Shown here piece by piece: positions 63,668-64,000 of a stretch of 64,000 nucleotides of DNA. The DNA lies in assembly GCA_051362555.1 (NCBI GenBank), contig CM120641.1, positions 46,196,401 through 46,260,400 of the forward strand, in the 5' to 3' direction. Made by a program: the position numbers and the translations under genes. Each line of letters opens with the position of its first letter. Position 1 is the first letter of the stretch. Below the pieces are notes generated by a model, which searched no databases, had not been told where the DNA came from, and was given only the letters and a program-made list of their open reading frames with translations. The DNA comes from Lingula anatina. Its lineage: Eukaryota; Animalia; Brachiopoda.

Positions 63668-63745
63668 TTTTGGTGTCATCAGCTTTAGTTCGTGGAGTAA
63701 TCCTCGCAAAACGGAGAGAGTGCGAGCTCTCGTGGGAGCTGCCAT
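63668..63745 (-). CDS. FMC1: FMC1 exon 1 (protein 113 aa in total)
   Basis: MAAPTRARTLSVLRGLLHELKLMTPK (compare human FRGLLRELR, from memory). Arg-rich presequence-like N-terminus. Donor GTAAGA, phase 0. Confidence 0.9.
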
Positions 63746-63797
63746 TTTGCAGTGTTCACTTCTCGCGAGACTGGAATAGTGCACGAGAATTGTGAAA
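63746..63797. promoter_or_regulatory. Bidirectional promoter core between FMC1 and IGBP1 with a TCTCGCGAGA palindrome
   Basis: There are 52 bp between the divergent ATGs. TCTCGCGAGA lies at 63761-63770. Both starts sit in an AAAATGGC context. Confidence 0.8.
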
Positions 63798-63938
63798 ATG
63801 GCACAAGCAGTGGACGAAAACACACATGGATCTCAGACAGAATCAGAACAGCGTCTTCCAGACGTCTTTGATGACATTTGGAAGTTATATGAATCTGTGG
63901 ATAATACCCAAGAATCTACTAGTTCCATGGTCATCCAA
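63798..63938 (+). CDS. IGBP1: IGBP1 / alpha4 (TAP42 family PP2A regulator), first coding exon; the gene continues beyond the window
   Basis: MAQAVDENTHGSQTESEQRLPDVFDDIWKLYESVDNTQESTSSMVIQ resembles the alpha4 N-terminus (human RLPELFETGRQLLDEVEVATEPAGSRIVQ, from memory). Donor CAA|GTAAGA, phase 0. Confidence 0.72.
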
Positions 63939-64000
63939 GTAAGACACCAAGATCTTAAAAGTACACCTGAATAATCAGACCACTTTCAACTTGCACTGTG

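Overview
Intron-rich, AT-rich eukaryotic DNA. The gene content and repeat style suggest an invertebrate animal, probably lophotrochozoan (inference). I could reconstruct four protein-coding genes by hand with consistent splice phases. (1) A + strand 5-coding-exon gene (6719-22397, about 917 aa) with an N-terminal PDZ domain and synaptopodin-2/myozenin(calsarcin)-type Z-disc motifs. (2) A convergent - strand 9-exon glycoprotein-hormone-receptor-type (type A LGR) GPCR (57112-27994, about 1034 aa) with a 19-kb first intron, one GC-AG intron, a furin-like hinge site and a long Ser-rich tail ending in a PDZ ligand. (3) FMC1 (- strand, 3 exons, 113 aa). (4) The first coding exon of IGBP1/alpha4 (+ strand). 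The FMC1 and IGBP1 start codons are only 52 bp apart, either side of a TCTCGCGAGA palindrome. Mobile DNA includes a full-length but stop-inactivated Tc1 (DD34E) element, a 3.3-kb CAC...GTG element with 25-bp TIRs, a 4-bp TSD and a repeated 14-bp internal motif (Chapaev/CMC-like), several MITE families, a 33-bp minisatellite rich in transcription-factor-like motifs and a 15-bp tandem repeat. Most short ORFs in the supplied track are spurious. All family assignments come from motif recognition and remembered sequences, not database searches.
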